The notes under the pieces: model-generated
The model's input: only the letters and a program-made list of their open reading frames with translations
What the model was told of the DNA's origin: nothing
The model's database searches: none
Position numbers and translations under genes: made by a program
Assembly: GCA_965221955.1 (NCBI GenBank)
Contig: CBDCTA010000029.1
Span: 320,001-384,000 of the forward strand
Source of the DNA: Gammaproteobacteria bacterium
Lineage (GTDB): Bacteria; Pseudomonadota; Gammaproteobacteria; UBA4575
Length of the DNA stretch: 64,000 nt
Direction: 5' to 3'
In this document: positions 27,543 to 37,881 of the stretch, piece after piece
Numbering within the stretch: position 1 is the stretch's first letter
Layout of the letters: every line of letters starts with the position of its first letter

Positions 27543-30131
27543 TTATGCGATTTTAAGGCTGCTTTTTCGTATCAATTCAGTCATTTCATCTGCTGCGACT
27601 GGGCGACTAAAAAAGTAACCTTGCAATTGATCGCAAGATAATTTCATCAGCTGGGTCATTTGAAATTCATTTTCTACACCTTCTGCTACTACTTTTAAGT
27701 TCAAACCATGTGCCATACTAATGATAGCTGAAACTAAAGGAGGGAATTTATTCGTTTTACTGATCTCACTAGTAAATTGGCGATCTATCTTTAATACATC
27801 TATGGGGAATTTTTGTAAATAACTTAGAGATGAGTACCCAGTTCCAAAATCATCGAGGGAAATTTTTATCCCTAATGATTTTAAATCCTTAAGCTTGTCC
27901 GTAATTTTATTACTAGAGGACATTAAAATAGATTCAGTGATCTCTATATGTAAAGAATTTGGATTGATCTTATAATGTCGTAATTGATTCGATATTACTT
28001 CTCGTAGATTTTGTTTGCTAAATTGTATACTTGATACATTTACTGAAATGGATAAATCAGTATTAAAATTATTGTTCCAATAATGTATTTGTTTGCAAGC
28101 TTCTTTAATCACCCACTCGCCAATTTGTATTATTGAACCTGATTCTTCAGCTAACGGTATAAATGCATCTGGTGACACAACTCCAAGTTCTGGATCGTTC
28201 CAACGAATTAGTGCTTCAGCTCCTACAATTTCATGGTTAGTAGAATTTAGAATTGGTTGATAGTATAGCTCTAACTGATTTTCATTAACCGCTTTATGAA
28301 GCTTGTTTTCTAAAGTTAGGATTCTAAATATAGCGGTGTTCATTGAGTTTGAATAATATTGATATATACCTTTACCGTTTTCTTTAGCTTCATACATAGC
28401 AATATCTGCGTATTTAACTAACTCATCTGCGTCATTTGAATCATCAGGATAGACTGCAATACCTATGCTAGCGTGGGTGCGAATAGATTCACCATTGATC
28501 TCGTATGTTTCGCTAAGTTTCTTAAGCAGACGATTTGCAATGGTGCTTGGTTGAAATGAATCGTGTAGATGGCTAAATAATAATATAAATTCATCTCCTC
28601 CAATTCGCGCAACAATTGAGTTATTTTTTTCTGCTCGTTCTCTTATTGCAGTGTCAGTCTTTCTAATGCTCTTTGATATTCTGCTCGCAACAATTTTTAA
28701 CAACTCATCTCCAATATCATGACCAAGCGAATCATTAATTCTTTTGAAGTTGTCCAAATCTAAAAACATGACAGCAAGATTCTCGCTATTACGTTCAGCT
28801 TCAACAAGGGCAGTCTTTAAATAATTATTAAATAATCTTCTATTTGGTAGTCCTGTCAATGTGTCATGATAAGCTAGATACTGAATTTGATCGTTTGAGT
28901 CTTTTAAGTTAATCGCCATGAGATTAAATGACTTCGCAAGTTCACCGATTTCATCATTTGTATCAATATTTATTTGATAATCCAGATTACCTTTTCCTAT
29001 TTCTTTCGTAGCTTTCAATAATTTATACAAAGGATTTGTTACTCTTCTAACAGCTACTAACATTAGTATGATTCCAACTAATGTCGCCATAATAGTAACG
29101 GTATAAATCATAGCTTTGCCGTAGTTAATCATATTCTTGAGATATTGAGCAGAGTGATCAGTTTTATTTTTCACTTCGTTGCTTAAAGCTGCTACAGACG
29201 AGTTTAAAATATTGGTCAGCTCAATATTCCTGTTATCAATTAGATTGAGTCTTTTTTGAAGTTCTACAAGTTTCTTTCTATGGCTAAAAATATCTGGATT
29301 GTCCTGACCATGCTTAATCAACAATAAAATTTTTGAAGAAAATTCGTTACGAAACCTTTTGTTAGTATAATTAACAATTGCTCTGGTAATTATACGAACG
29401 GCATGGTCAAACTCTTGTTCTGCAAAGAGTATGCTTTCGTTGGTATTAGCTTTGTTTAATATTTGTAATGTATTTTGTATTTCATTAATGCGATTAACAA
29501 TTTCTAATGATTTCTCTTTTTCAAATAATATTTCCTGTACAAATTTTTCAAGGTTTTTGTAGTTTTGTTTGTTTAATTTAGGATGTATTGAATCATATTT
29601 ATTATGTACTAAAGTATTTGCTTCAACTTTCATGATAGAGGCTAGGTCTGAAAGAGCTTCAGTGGAATCAATTAAAATGCGATTAGCTTTATTATAATTA
29701 TTTACTGTATTTATTTTGATGCTCAATATCTCATGATATTTGTATACGTTTTCTTCCAAATCATGAAGAATATTTTCAATTTCACTAATAAAATTATTTG
29801 GGAAGTTGTAGTTCTTTAATCCATCCAATTGATATTTTAATTTGTTATTCAATGCAGTTGAATTATCTCTCTTGGTGTCTAGTTCGTTAATACTTTCGGC
29901 ACTTTTCATTAACGATGCACTTTGAATAAGGTTAAAAGAGGTTGTGGATAACTGGTTAACAAAAATTAATGCGGGGATTGAACTACGAGTTAAATTAGAT
30001 TGAGAAGTATCGATGTTGCTTATGGCAACATTTGCAACAATAACTGATGCTATTGAAAAAAATAACACCGTAGATAAGGAGATAACGATTAGTTTACCAA
30101 TGCTGATATTTTTAGCTATTTTTAAGTGCAT
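27543..30131 (-). CDS. Membrane GGDEF-EAL protein with TorS-like periplasmic sensor and HAMP domain
   Basis: Two TMs around a long helical periplasmic domain; HAMP DEIGELAKSFN; intact GGDEF, EAL and DDFGTGYSS. Confidence 0.92.
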   Translation of the reverse strand: MHLKIAKNISIGKLIVISLSTVLFFSIASVIVANVAISNIDTSQSNLTRSSIPALIFVNQLSTTSFNLIQSASLMKSAESINELDTKRDNSTALNNKLKYQLDGLKNYNFPNNFISEIENILHDLEENVYKYHEILSIKINTVNNYNKANRILIDSTEALSDLASIMKVEANTLVHNKYDSIHPKLNKQNYKNLEKFVQEILFEKEKSLEIVNRINEIQNTLQILNKANTNESILFAEQEFDHAVRIITRAIVNYTNKRFRNEFSSKILLLIKHGQDNPDIFSHRKKLVELQKRLNLIDNRNIELTNILNSSVAALSNEVKNKTDHSAQYLKNMINYGKAMIYTVTIMATLVGIILMLVAVRRVTNPLYKLLKATKEIGKGNLDYQINIDTNDEIGELAKSFNLMAINLKDSNDQIQYLAYHDTLTGLPNRRLFNNYLKTALVEAERNSENLAVMFLDLDNFKRINDSLGHDIGDELLKIVASRISKSIRKTDTAIRERAEKNNSIVARIGGDEFILLFSHLHDSFQPSTIANRLLKKLSETYEINGESIRTHASIGIAVYPDDSNDADELVKYADIAMYEAKENGKGIYQYYSNSMNTAIFRILTLENKLHKAVNENQLELYYQPILNSTNHEIVGAEALIRWNDPELGVVSPDAFIPLAEESGSIIQIGEWVIKEACKQIHYWNNNFNTDLSISVNVSSIQFSKQNLREVISNQLRHYKINPNSLHIEITESILMSSSNKITDKLKDLKSLGIKISLDDFGTGYSSLSYLQKFPIDVLKIDRQFTSEISKTNKFPPLVSAIISMAHGLNLKVVAEGVENEFQMTQLMKLSCDQLQGYFFSRPVAADEMTELIRKSSLKIA

Positions 30132-30133
30132 CT

Positions 30134-30160
30134 TAAAGTTATGTGTGTCGCAGCCGATAT
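30134..30160 (+). promoter_or_regulatory. sigma28 (FliA)-type promoter for the SBP gene
   Basis: TAAA(GTTA)-15 nt spacer-GCCGATAT vs consensus TAAA-N15-GCCGATAA. Confidence 0.65.
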
Positions 30161-30187
30161 TTATAGATATTTTTGTCTAGTTAATAA

Positions 30188-30214
30188 ATATCGGCTGCAT
30201 AGCCATAATATTAA
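30188..30214 (-). promoter_or_regulatory. sigma28 (FliA)-type promoter for the GGDEF-EAL gene
   Basis: Minus strand TTAA-N15-GCCGATAT. Confidence 0.55.
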
Positions 30215-30222
30215 GGTGTGAA

Positions 30223-31698
30223 ATGGAGAAAATTATTTCGATCTCTAAAAGAAATCTTTTAAAAAATACAGCAATAATGACACTTGGTGTGTATTTACCT
30301 ACCAATTATCTTTTGGCAAATACTAGTGTTGAGCAGGACACTACATATAGGCTAGACCAGAAAATAATCGATATCGTAAAAAAATTGGTGGGAAACAAAG
30401 AGATAAGTATTTCAATCTTGCAGCCTAAGGGCTCACTAGGGAATGTTAAGCCCGTGGGTGATATTTTTAGTGAAAAATCGGGTGTGCAAGTAAAGTATAT
30501 CGAAGCATCACTTGATGAAATTAATGCCAAAATCATGGCGCAGTCTTTATCTAACAAATCCGATTTTGATGTAGCGTTACCAGCAACTTTTGGGTTACCT
30601 GATTTAATAGAAGCAGGGGCAATAAGAGATTTAGACGAGTTCGTAAAAAAATATGAACCAAATGGATTTAATAAAAATATGCTCTATCCAGTTGGCGATT
30701 TCTATAAAGGTAAATTTTATGGTTATCAGACTGACGGCGATACATATTTGATGTTTTATAATAAAAGCTGGTTAGAGAATGAAAAAGAAAAAAAGAAATT
30801 TAGGAGTGAATATGGATACCCGTTAGATATCCCAAATACGTGGGAACAGCTTGACCAGATGATTAAATATTTTCATCGTCCTGGTCAGAATAAATTTGGT
30901 GGTGCATTGTATCGCAATAAAGATTATATAGCGTGGGAATGGTGGGTTCGGTTTCATGCCAAAGGTTATTTTCCTTTTGATGATTCATTAAGACCACAAA
31001 TTAACAATCAAGCAGGAGTAAATGCTTTAAGTGAGTTGATATCCACAACAAAATACTTGTACCCATATGCTAAAACTAATGGATTGTTTGAAAATTGGGA
31101 AGCGTTCGCCAAAGGAAATATTTTTTGTAATATTGGTTGGGGCGGCACACAAAAGTACTTAAATGGAGAAGGCTCAAGTATTCGAGATAATCTTGCCTTT
31201 GGTTCGACGCCAGGAGGTTACCTAAACGATACATTGTTACATACACCATATTTTAACTGGGGTTGGAACTATACGGTTTCAAGTTTTTCCAAAGAACCAG
31301 AAATTTCTTACCTATTTACTTTGTTTGCATGTTGTCCTGATATGTCGACCAAAGCAGTACAATATTCAAGCGGTTACTTTGATCCATTTCGTGTTGAACA
31401 TTATGACGACCAAGAGATACAGGCTACATATTCAAAAAGTTTTTTAAAGGCTCATAAATATAGCATGCAAAATAGTATTCCCGATTTATATTTAACAGGG
31501 CAAGGAGAGTATTGGGATGTGCTGAAGGAATATATTGAACTTGCAGATCGAGGCAAAATGAGTCCGAAATTTGCGTTGGACGCTACAGCAGATTCTTGGA
31601 ATCAAATCAGCAAGAGATACGGCATAGATAATCAACTCGAACAGTGGAAGTTTCTTAAAACACGATATCCTGCTCAAATTAGAGCGTTATTAGCATAA
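30223..31698 (+). CDS. Extracellular solute-binding protein (sugar-type), no adjacent permease
   Basis: Tat-like SKRNLLK signal; MFYNKSW and IPNTWEQL SBP motifs. Confidence 0.85.
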   Translation: MEKIISISKRNLLKNTAIMTLGVYLPTNYLLANTSVEQDTTYRLDQKIIDIVKKLVGNKEISISILQPKGSLGNVKPVGDIFSEKSGVQVKYIEASLDEINAKIMAQSLSNKSDFDVALPATFGLPDLIEAGAIRDLDEFVKKYEPNGFNKNMLYPVGDFYKGKFYGYQTDGDTYLMFYNKSWLENEKEKKKFRSEYGYPLDIPNTWEQLDQMIKYFHRPGQNKFGGALYRNKDYIAWEWWVRFHAKGYFPFDDSLRPQINNQAGVNALSELISTTKYLYPYAKTNGLFENWEAFAKGNIFCNIGWGGTQKYLNGEGSSIRDNLAFGSTPGGYLNDTLLHTPYFNWGWNYTVSSFSKEPEISYLFTLFACCPDMSTKAVQYSSGYFDPFRVEHYDDQEIQATYSKSFLKAHKYSMQNSIPDLYLTGQGEYWDVLKEYIELADRGKMSPKFALDATADSWNQISKRYGIDNQLEQWKFLKTRYPAQIRALLA

Positions 31699-31809
31699 CA
31701 AAAGCGTAGTGGTTAGATAGATAATACCAACTCGCGCAAAAATTTATTAATTTTAATGTTAAGCTGGTGAAATAAGGTCTATTTAAAACATATTTATAAA
31801 AGTTTGTAT

Positions 31810-32331
31810 CTATCTTTGTAAATCGGTTCCTTTGAATTTAAATTCATAATCAAAACTAGGTGTTCCCTCAACTAATTCTTCTGCGTTTGTATAGATTTTT
31901 TTTGCCATTACTCTTAAGGTTTTAACTATCTTGTAGTCAACAGGTTTTCTGTTAGTTTTTGCTAATGAAATGTGCGTAATGTTTGATTCAATATCTTTGA
32001 TGTTTGGGATATTGATATTCGTACTACCAATGTCTTTTATATACATTTCTAGTATGTTTTTATGAAGTACTATTTCTTCGTCTAAAAAATTTTTGGTTAG
32101 AAATTTCGTAATTGGAAGCTTTTCATCAACTTTCGTTTCATAATTTTCAAAAAATGGTCGCGAATAGCTTACGACTAGAGCAATTTTAAGTGCATTTTTG
32201 ATGCTCAGACTTAAATTAAGGTAATTTTCTTCACCATTCTCAAGAACGTAATCAGCAAAATGACGTAATAGCCGCATGTCTACTTTTGCCAGATAAATTT
32301 TCACAATATCAGGTGAGTCTTTTATATTCAT
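31810..32331 (-). CDS. Hypothetical helical protein, possible degenerate HEPN-like
   Basis: 173 aa ORF; ALVVSYSRPF...LHKNILEMY pattern. Confidence 0.55.
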   Translation of the reverse strand: MNIKDSPDIVKIYLAKVDMRLLRHFADYVLENGEENYLNLSLSIKNALKIALVVSYSRPFFENYETKVDEKLPITKFLTKNFLDEEIVLHKNILEMYIKDIGSTNINIPNIKDIESNITHISLAKTNRKPVDYKIVKTLRVMAKKIYTNAEELVEGTPSFDYEFKFKGTDLQR

Positions 32332-32371
32332 ACTAATGTTGACATGCAGGATTTCTAAAAGTTCTTTTGTT

Positions 32372-33046
32372 TTATAACGAAGTTTTATTTTGAATATAAT
32401 AGTTTATTTCATTGGTTAAATTTTGCATTGTTTTTATAATATGATGCGCTCCTGAATCAATCAAAGTTTTTTCCTTAATCAGATCAGCATGGCCAAATAC
32501 TACCATTCCCGCAGCAGCAGCACCTTCAACCCCTAATGGGCTATCTTCAATAACAAGACAGCGGTTTAGATTTAAGCAGTTCATGTTTTTAGCAGCATAG
32601 AGAAAAACATCTGGAAATGGTTTTCCTCTTGCAACATCAGAAGTGCTAAAAATATTATTTCCAAAATATTTTAGTAAGTTTGTTTTGCCTAGTGTGGTTT
32701 GCATTTTTTCATGTGAGCCTGCAGAGGCTACACAATACGGAATGGATAAGTTTTTCAAAGCATCTTCAACACCATCTATAGCTGAAACTGAATTTTTAAG
32801 TGCTTCTTTGATCTCATGCTGATATCGTGATGCTAGGTCGGGAGGAGGCTTTTTGCCCAATAAGTTTTCGAGTATTGCTAAGCATTGTTCAGAAGATTGA
32901 CCCATAAAAGTTTCAAGTAAATATTCTTGACTTAGGGTTAGTCCACATTCTTCTTCTATGACTTTTGAGAATACTCTAGTAGCTATTCTCTCACTGTCGA
33001 CAAGTACGCCATCGCAATCAAAAATAATGAGTTCAAAATAATTCAT
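32372..33046 (-). CDS. HAD family hydrolase (YieH-like)
   Basis: IFDCDGVLVDSE, GKPFPDVF, VIEDSPLG. Confidence 0.93.
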   Translation of the reverse strand: MNYFELIIFDCDGVLVDSERIATRVFSKVIEEECGLTLSQEYLLETFMGQSSEQCLAILENLLGKKPPPDLASRYQHEIKEALKNSVSAIDGVEDALKNLSIPYCVASAGSHEKMQTTLGKTNLLKYFGNNIFSTSDVARGKPFPDVFLYAAKNMNCLNLNRCLVIEDSPLGVEGAAAAGMVVFGHADLIKEKTLIDSGAHHIIKTMQNLTNEINYYIQNKTSL

Positions 33047-33086
33047 TAAGTGAGTTTTAGAGCAATGTAATGTTTGAAGGCATGGG

Positions 33087-34442
33087 CTATAAAAGTAGCC
33101 AAGTTGCCAAACCTAAAAATGCAAAGATTCCAATTACGTCAGTAATAGTAGTTAACACTACACCGCCTGCAAGTGCTGGATCAATTTTCAGTTTGCGCAA
33201 TATGATTGGGATTGTTACACCCGCAAGTGCAGCACAGAGTAAATTTGCCGCCATTGCAGCAGCAATGATGCCACCCATTTTAAAATCTTTAAACCAAAGG
33301 ATTACCACTAAGGCAACAATAATGGCCCATACCATGCCGTTTAAAAAACCGACTGCAAGTTCTTTAAATAATAGTAACTTTGAATTACTGCGGCTGATTT
33401 GACCGGTTGCAATGCCGCGGATGACTAAGGTTAAGGTTTGACTACCTGCAATACCGCCCATGCTTGCAACAACTGGAATTAATATGGCTAATATGATGAT
33501 TTTTTCCAAGGTGGGTTGAAATAAACTAATCACCCATGCGGCAAGAAATGCGGTGGCTAAATTTACCGCTAACCAAATAGAGCGGCGCCTAGTTGATGCA
33601 ACAACAGGTGCGAATAAATCTTCTTCTTCTGATAAACCAGCTTGTCTAAAAACAGAATGTTCAGCTTCTTCACGAATCACATCCACAACATCGTCTACTG
33701 TAATTCGGCCAATGAGTTTATTGTTCTCATCGACTACGGCGGCTGAAACAAGATCTAAATCTTCAAAGGTTTTTGCGACAAGATTGTCTTCCGTATCTGC
33801 TGAAAATGCTTCCACATCTTCTACCATTACATCGCGTACTAATTCGGTTGGTTTTTCGGTGAGCACTTTTGTCAAGGGTAATGTGCCAATATAATGATCG
33901 TAACGATCGACTACAAATAAAGAATCTGTAGCATTTGGCAACTCTCCTCGAGTGCGCAAATAACGTAACACTACATCCAAAGTTACATCGCGTCTCACGG
34001 TTACTGTATCGGTGTTCATCAAGCCGCCGGCAGTGTCTTCGTCATAGGACAAGACCGCTTCTAAGCGTTGCCGATCTTGGTAGTCCATGCTCGATAAGGC
34101 TTTTTCCATTACCGTATCGGGTAAGTCGGCAAGCAAATCTGCTAAATCATCAATTTCTAAGCCTTCCGTTGCAGACAGCAAAGCATCACTGTCCATAAGT
34201 TTGATCAAGCCATTTCGAACTTCATCACCAACATTCAGCAAAATCTCACCGTCATCGTCATGGTCTAGCATGTTCCATACAATGCTACGTTGTGAATGTG
34301 GAAGTGCTTCGAGCAAATTGGCGATCTCTGCAGGATGCAGTGCATTTAGAATACGGCGCGCACGTTGCATCGTGCCGCTTTGTAAAGCGTCACCGATGAC
34401 CTTTAAGGTTTGGTCTTGCAGTTGAACAATTGTGTCAGGCAT
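33087..34442 (-). CDS. mgtE: Magnesium transporter MgtE
   Basis: MgtE_N, CBS pair, SMGGIAGSQ, IDPALA..TTITD. Confidence 0.96.
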   Translation of the reverse strand: MPDTIVQLQDQTLKVIGDALQSGTMQRARRILNALHPAEIANLLEALPHSQRSIVWNMLDHDDDGEILLNVGDEVRNGLIKLMDSDALLSATEGLEIDDLADLLADLPDTVMEKALSSMDYQDRQRLEAVLSYDEDTAGGLMNTDTVTVRRDVTLDVVLRYLRTRGELPNATDSLFVVDRYDHYIGTLPLTKVLTEKPTELVRDVMVEDVEAFSADTEDNLVAKTFEDLDLVSAAVVDENNKLIGRITVDDVVDVIREEAEHSVFRQAGLSEEEDLFAPVVASTRRRSIWLAVNLATAFLAAWVISLFQPTLEKIIILAILIPVVASMGGIAGSQTLTLVIRGIATGQISRSNSKLLLFKELAVGFLNGMVWAIIVALVVILWFKDFKMGGIIAAAMAANLLCAALAGVTIPIILRKLKIDPALAGGVVLTTITDVIGIFAFLGLATWLLL

Positions 34443-34554
34443 GAAACATCTAGCTATTTATTATTATGCGCGCGGCAAGTGTAACTGCTTGTTAGTAGCT
34501 TGCCAAAGTAAATAGTTTTAGGGATTACTCGCCTATCAGAAAAAATTAATAGAC

Positions 34555-36285
34555 TTATTCGTTTAGAGCATCAACCATGGGCGCGATTTTGCTCGGCACG
34601 GTTGTGCTCAAAATTTTTTTGGCCTGTTTCTCAAGATCCGAAATCCTGCTTTTGTTAATGATTTGCTTGATTTCTAATAGGTTCGATGGGTGAGCACTGA
34701 ATTCTTGTAATCCTAGTCCTAGTAGTAAGCGTGTATAACGTGGATCACCCGCCATCTCACCACACATAGCAACGGGGATATCTGCTCGGCGGCCCGCCTG
34801 TAAAGTGAGGTTGATAAGTTTTAACACTGAAGGGTGTAATGGATCATACAAGTAGTTCACTTGGTCATCGATGCGATCGATCGCTAATGTGTATTGTATT
34901 AAATCGTTGGTGCCGATTGATAAGAAATCTAATTTTTTGGCTAATATATTTGCAGAAATAGCCGCTGCAGGTACTTCAATCATTGCACCTACAGGAATCT
35001 CGGCATCAAATTCTTTGTTCTCGTCGGTGAGCTCTTGTTTAGCGTGATCCAGTATCGCTAAGGATTGAACAAGTTCATTATGACTTGTGATCATCGGCAA
35101 TAAAATTCTTACTGGGCCATTGGCAGAAGCACGAAGGATCGCACGTAATTGTTGTTTAAATAAATCGGTATCTTTTAGCGACCTGCGAATCGCGCGTAAC
35201 CCTAAAGCAGGGTTTTGAGTCATCGGTCCTTGGAAGTCTGGGTCAAATTCTTTTTCAGCACCTAGGTCGAGTGTGCGTATGGTTAAAGGTTTGCCTTTTA
35301 ATACGCGAATAATTTTTCTATAGGCATTTAGCTGTTCTGTTTCATCCGCAGGCGCATTACGATCGATATATAAAAATTCTGTACGATATAAACCAACACC
35401 ATCCGCGCCTGATTTTTTCAGCGCACTAATATCTTCTGAAAGTTCAATATTAGCTTGTAAGCTGATGCGTCGACCATCTTTGGTTTTTGCAGAAATATTT
35501 TTTAATGAACCTAGCTTACGTTTCGCATCTCTTTGTTCACGCTGAATATGCCGATATTCCTTGATGGTATTTTCATCCATCCCTGCGAGCACCATGCCAC
35601 TGCTGCCATCAAGTATGAGTTGTTCTTCTTGCTGTAATAGTGTGCGAGCACTTTGGATGCCTACCACAGCGGGAATACCTAAACTTCTTGCTAAAATTGC
35701 GGTGTGTGATAGTGGGCCGCCAAGCTCAGTGATAAACCCTGCGATATTTTGATGTTGCATCACAACTGTGTCAGCAGGGGTTAAATCATCCGCAACGATA
35801 ATGCTGCCTTTGAGTGGCTGCAGTTTCATTTGTACGGTAAATTGTTGGTCTTTTAGGATTTGCTGAATTAAATTGATAACGTGTTCAATATCGTTTAAGC
35901 GCGTGCGTAAATAGTCATCCTCCATTTGTTCAAAAACAGCCTCTAATTTATCTCGCTGTTGTTTAAGTGCCCATTCAGCGTTGCAGTGTTCTTCACGAAT
36001 GATTTCTATTGGCACTTTGCTAAGCATAGAGTCTTTGACCATCAGCAAATGAGAGTCAATAAATGTTGCTACATCTTTAGGAGCATCTTCAGGAATGGTA
36101 TCGCGAATACCACGTAGCTGTTCTGCTGCACCTTCTACTGCAGATTCGAAACGTTCAATTTCTGTTTCGATTTCATATTCTTCTAATTTTCTTTCGAATA
36201 CTTCTGGTGCGCCACGATTGAGGAGATGTACCTTGCCAATGGCGATGCCGCGGGAGACTCCTATGCCAGAAATAATAAGTGCCAT
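34555..36285 (-). CDS. ptsI: PTS enzyme I (no GAF domain)
   Basis: SHTAILARS, GVGLYRTEF, SIGTNDLIQY, MCGEMAGD; 576 aa. Confidence 0.95.
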   Translation of the reverse strand: MALIISGIGVSRGIAIGKVHLLNRGAPEVFERKLEEYEIETEIERFESAVEGAAEQLRGIRDTIPEDAPKDVATFIDSHLLMVKDSMLSKVPIEIIREEHCNAEWALKQQRDKLEAVFEQMEDDYLRTRLNDIEHVINLIQQILKDQQFTVQMKLQPLKGSIIVADDLTPADTVVMQHQNIAGFITELGGPLSHTAILARSLGIPAVVGIQSARTLLQQEEQLILDGSSGMVLAGMDENTIKEYRHIQREQRDAKRKLGSLKNISAKTKDGRRISLQANIELSEDISALKKSGADGVGLYRTEFLYIDRNAPADETEQLNAYRKIIRVLKGKPLTIRTLDLGAEKEFDPDFQGPMTQNPALGLRAIRRSLKDTDLFKQQLRAILRASANGPVRILLPMITSHNELVQSLAILDHAKQELTDENKEFDAEIPVGAMIEVPAAAISANILAKKLDFLSIGTNDLIQYTLAIDRIDDQVNYLYDPLHPSVLKLINLTLQAGRRADIPVAMCGEMAGDPRYTRLLLGLGLQEFSAHPSNLLEIKQIINKSRISDLEKQAKKILSTTVPSKIAPMVDALNE

Positions 36286-36295
36286 ATAATATTAA

Positions 36296-36565
36296 TTACT
36301 CTTCTTCGTCGAAAAGGTTATTAAATAAATTTTCAATCTGTGTCATAGCTTGTTGTTCGTCTTCACCATCAATGACTATGTTTACAATACTATGTTGACT
36401 CGCGGCTAACATCATGACTCCCATAATGCTTTTACCATTAATTTTTCTGCCTTCTTTTTGAATTGTAATTTCGCTAGCAAAATTCGATGCTAGGGCAACG
36501 AGCTTTGCGGCTGCGCGTGCATGTAAACCTAATTTGTTGGCAACCGTAAGGTCCTTGCTAATCAC
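36296..36565 (-). CDS. ptsH: HPr/NPr phosphocarrier
   Basis: GLHARAA (His15) and GKSIMG (Ser46). Confidence 0.93.
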   Translation of the reverse strand: MISKDLTVANKLGLHARAAAKLVALASNFASEITIQKEGRKINGKSIMGVMMLAASQHSIVNIVIDGEDEQQAMTQIENLFNNLFDEEE

Positions 36566-36596
36566 GTATTCACCTATCTATTATTGCGCTAAGCGT

Positions 36597-37001
36597 TCAA
36601 TTATTCACTTGGCAATCGATGATCCCGTCATGTGCGCCGCTAAGCGCCTTTTCGACGATCTCATTGAGTTCTAGTTTGGGATAATTCATGGCCCGAACCA
36701 GCATAGGTAAATTAAGTCCAGCGAGTACATGTACCTTGAGGCTTTTGTCATTTTTGAGTTTATTACAGATATTGCTAGGGGTAGAGCCAAAGATATCGGT
36801 TAATACTAAAACCCCTTCACCTTGATCTATTATTTTACAAATCTGTTGCGCTTTAATTACTAATTCATCTGGGTTACAGGTTTCAGAGACAGAAAGTGTT
36901 TCGCATGTAAGAGGCAACGTATTGCCCAGCATCGATTTAGCTGTAGCAAGAAGCTCATGCCCGACCTTGCCGTGGGTTATGGTAAGAATTGAAACTGACA
37001 T
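36597..37001 (-). CDS. PTS EIIA component, mannose family
   Basis: ITHG, VLTDIFGSTPSN, GLNLPML. Confidence 0.9.
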   Translation of the reverse strand: MSVSILTITHGKVGHELLATAKSMLGNTLPLTCETLSVSETCNPDELVIKAQQICKIIDQGEGVLVLTDIFGSTPSNICNKLKNDKSLKVHVLAGLNLPMLVRAMNYPKLELNEIVEKALSGAHDGIIDCQVNN

Positions 37002-37864
37002 TAATTTTCCAAGTCTCGGTGTCGTACTGAGATATGTGTGTCCTTAAAATCTTCAAAGTGCTTTGCTAAGGACTCGGTAATATGTACTGATCGATGATGT
37101 CCGCCTGTACACCCAATAGAAACACTCAAATAACTGCGATTTTCCTTAGCAAATAATGGAAGCCACTTTTCAATGAATTCTGAGATTGAGCGAATCATTT
37201 GCGTCACTTCATCATGCGATTGCAAAAAATCAATAACTTCGGTGTCTTTGCCAGTGAGATCACGCAAAGACTTTTCCCAATAAGGATTAGGTAAGCAGCG
37301 TACATCGAAAACATAATCTGAATCATTTGGTACACCGAATTTAAATCCAAAAGATTGCAATAATATCGTTAATGCCGAAGAGATTTTTTTGCAAACTTGC
37401 TCAGTAATGATTGCGCGCAGCTCGCGTACGTTAGTTGAAGTAGTATCAATACGTAGATCTGCAAGAAGCACTAAATCTTCAAGAATGTGTTTTTCCATTT
37501 GAATCGCTTCCACTAGTGGAAGGCCATCTTTAGTAAGTGGATGTTTTCGGCGTGTTTCGCTGTAGCGCTGGATTAAGGTTTCTTCGTTGGCTTCCAAGTG
37601 TACAAGCTCAAGATCGATACCTCTATTCTTAATCGCTTTTACGATATCGGGGAAAGATACAATGTCTTTGCTAGCATTTCGTGCATCCACGCCAATAGCA
37701 ATTTTTTCATAGAAAATAGAGCTAGAAGTAGTGAGGTGCTCAATGCAATTTAACAACATACCTAGGGGCATATTATCAATACAATAAAAATCATCATCTT
37801 CCAGAGTTTTAATTGCAACTGACTTTCCTGAGCCAGACAGACCGCTAACAATTACTAATTTCAT
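37001..37864 (-). CDS. rapZ: RNase adapter RapZ
   Basis: SGLSGSGKS, SFGFK, DVRCLPNP, GCTGGHHRSV. Confidence 0.96.
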   Translation of the reverse strand: MKLVIVSGLSGSGKSVAIKTLEDDDFYCIDNMPLGMLLNCIEHLTTSSSIFYEKIAIGVDARNASKDIVSFPDIVKAIKNRGIDLELVHLEANEETLIQRYSETRRKHPLTKDGLPLVEAIQMEKHILEDLVLLADLRIDTTSTNVRELRAIITEQVCKKISSALTILLQSFGFKFGVPNDSDYVFDVRCLPNPYWEKSLRDLTGKDTEVIDFLQSHDEVTQMIRSISEFIEKWLPLFAKENRSYLSVSIGCTGGHHRSVHITESLAKHFEDFKDTHISVRHRDLEN

Positions 37865-37881
37865 TATTTATTATTCTAAAT

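Noticed and set aside
34443-34554. Possible Mg-sensing M-box riboswitch upstream of mgtE (GGCAAG..CTTGCC hairpin)
   Set aside because: Gap is only ~110 nt and lacks recognisable M-box core sequences.
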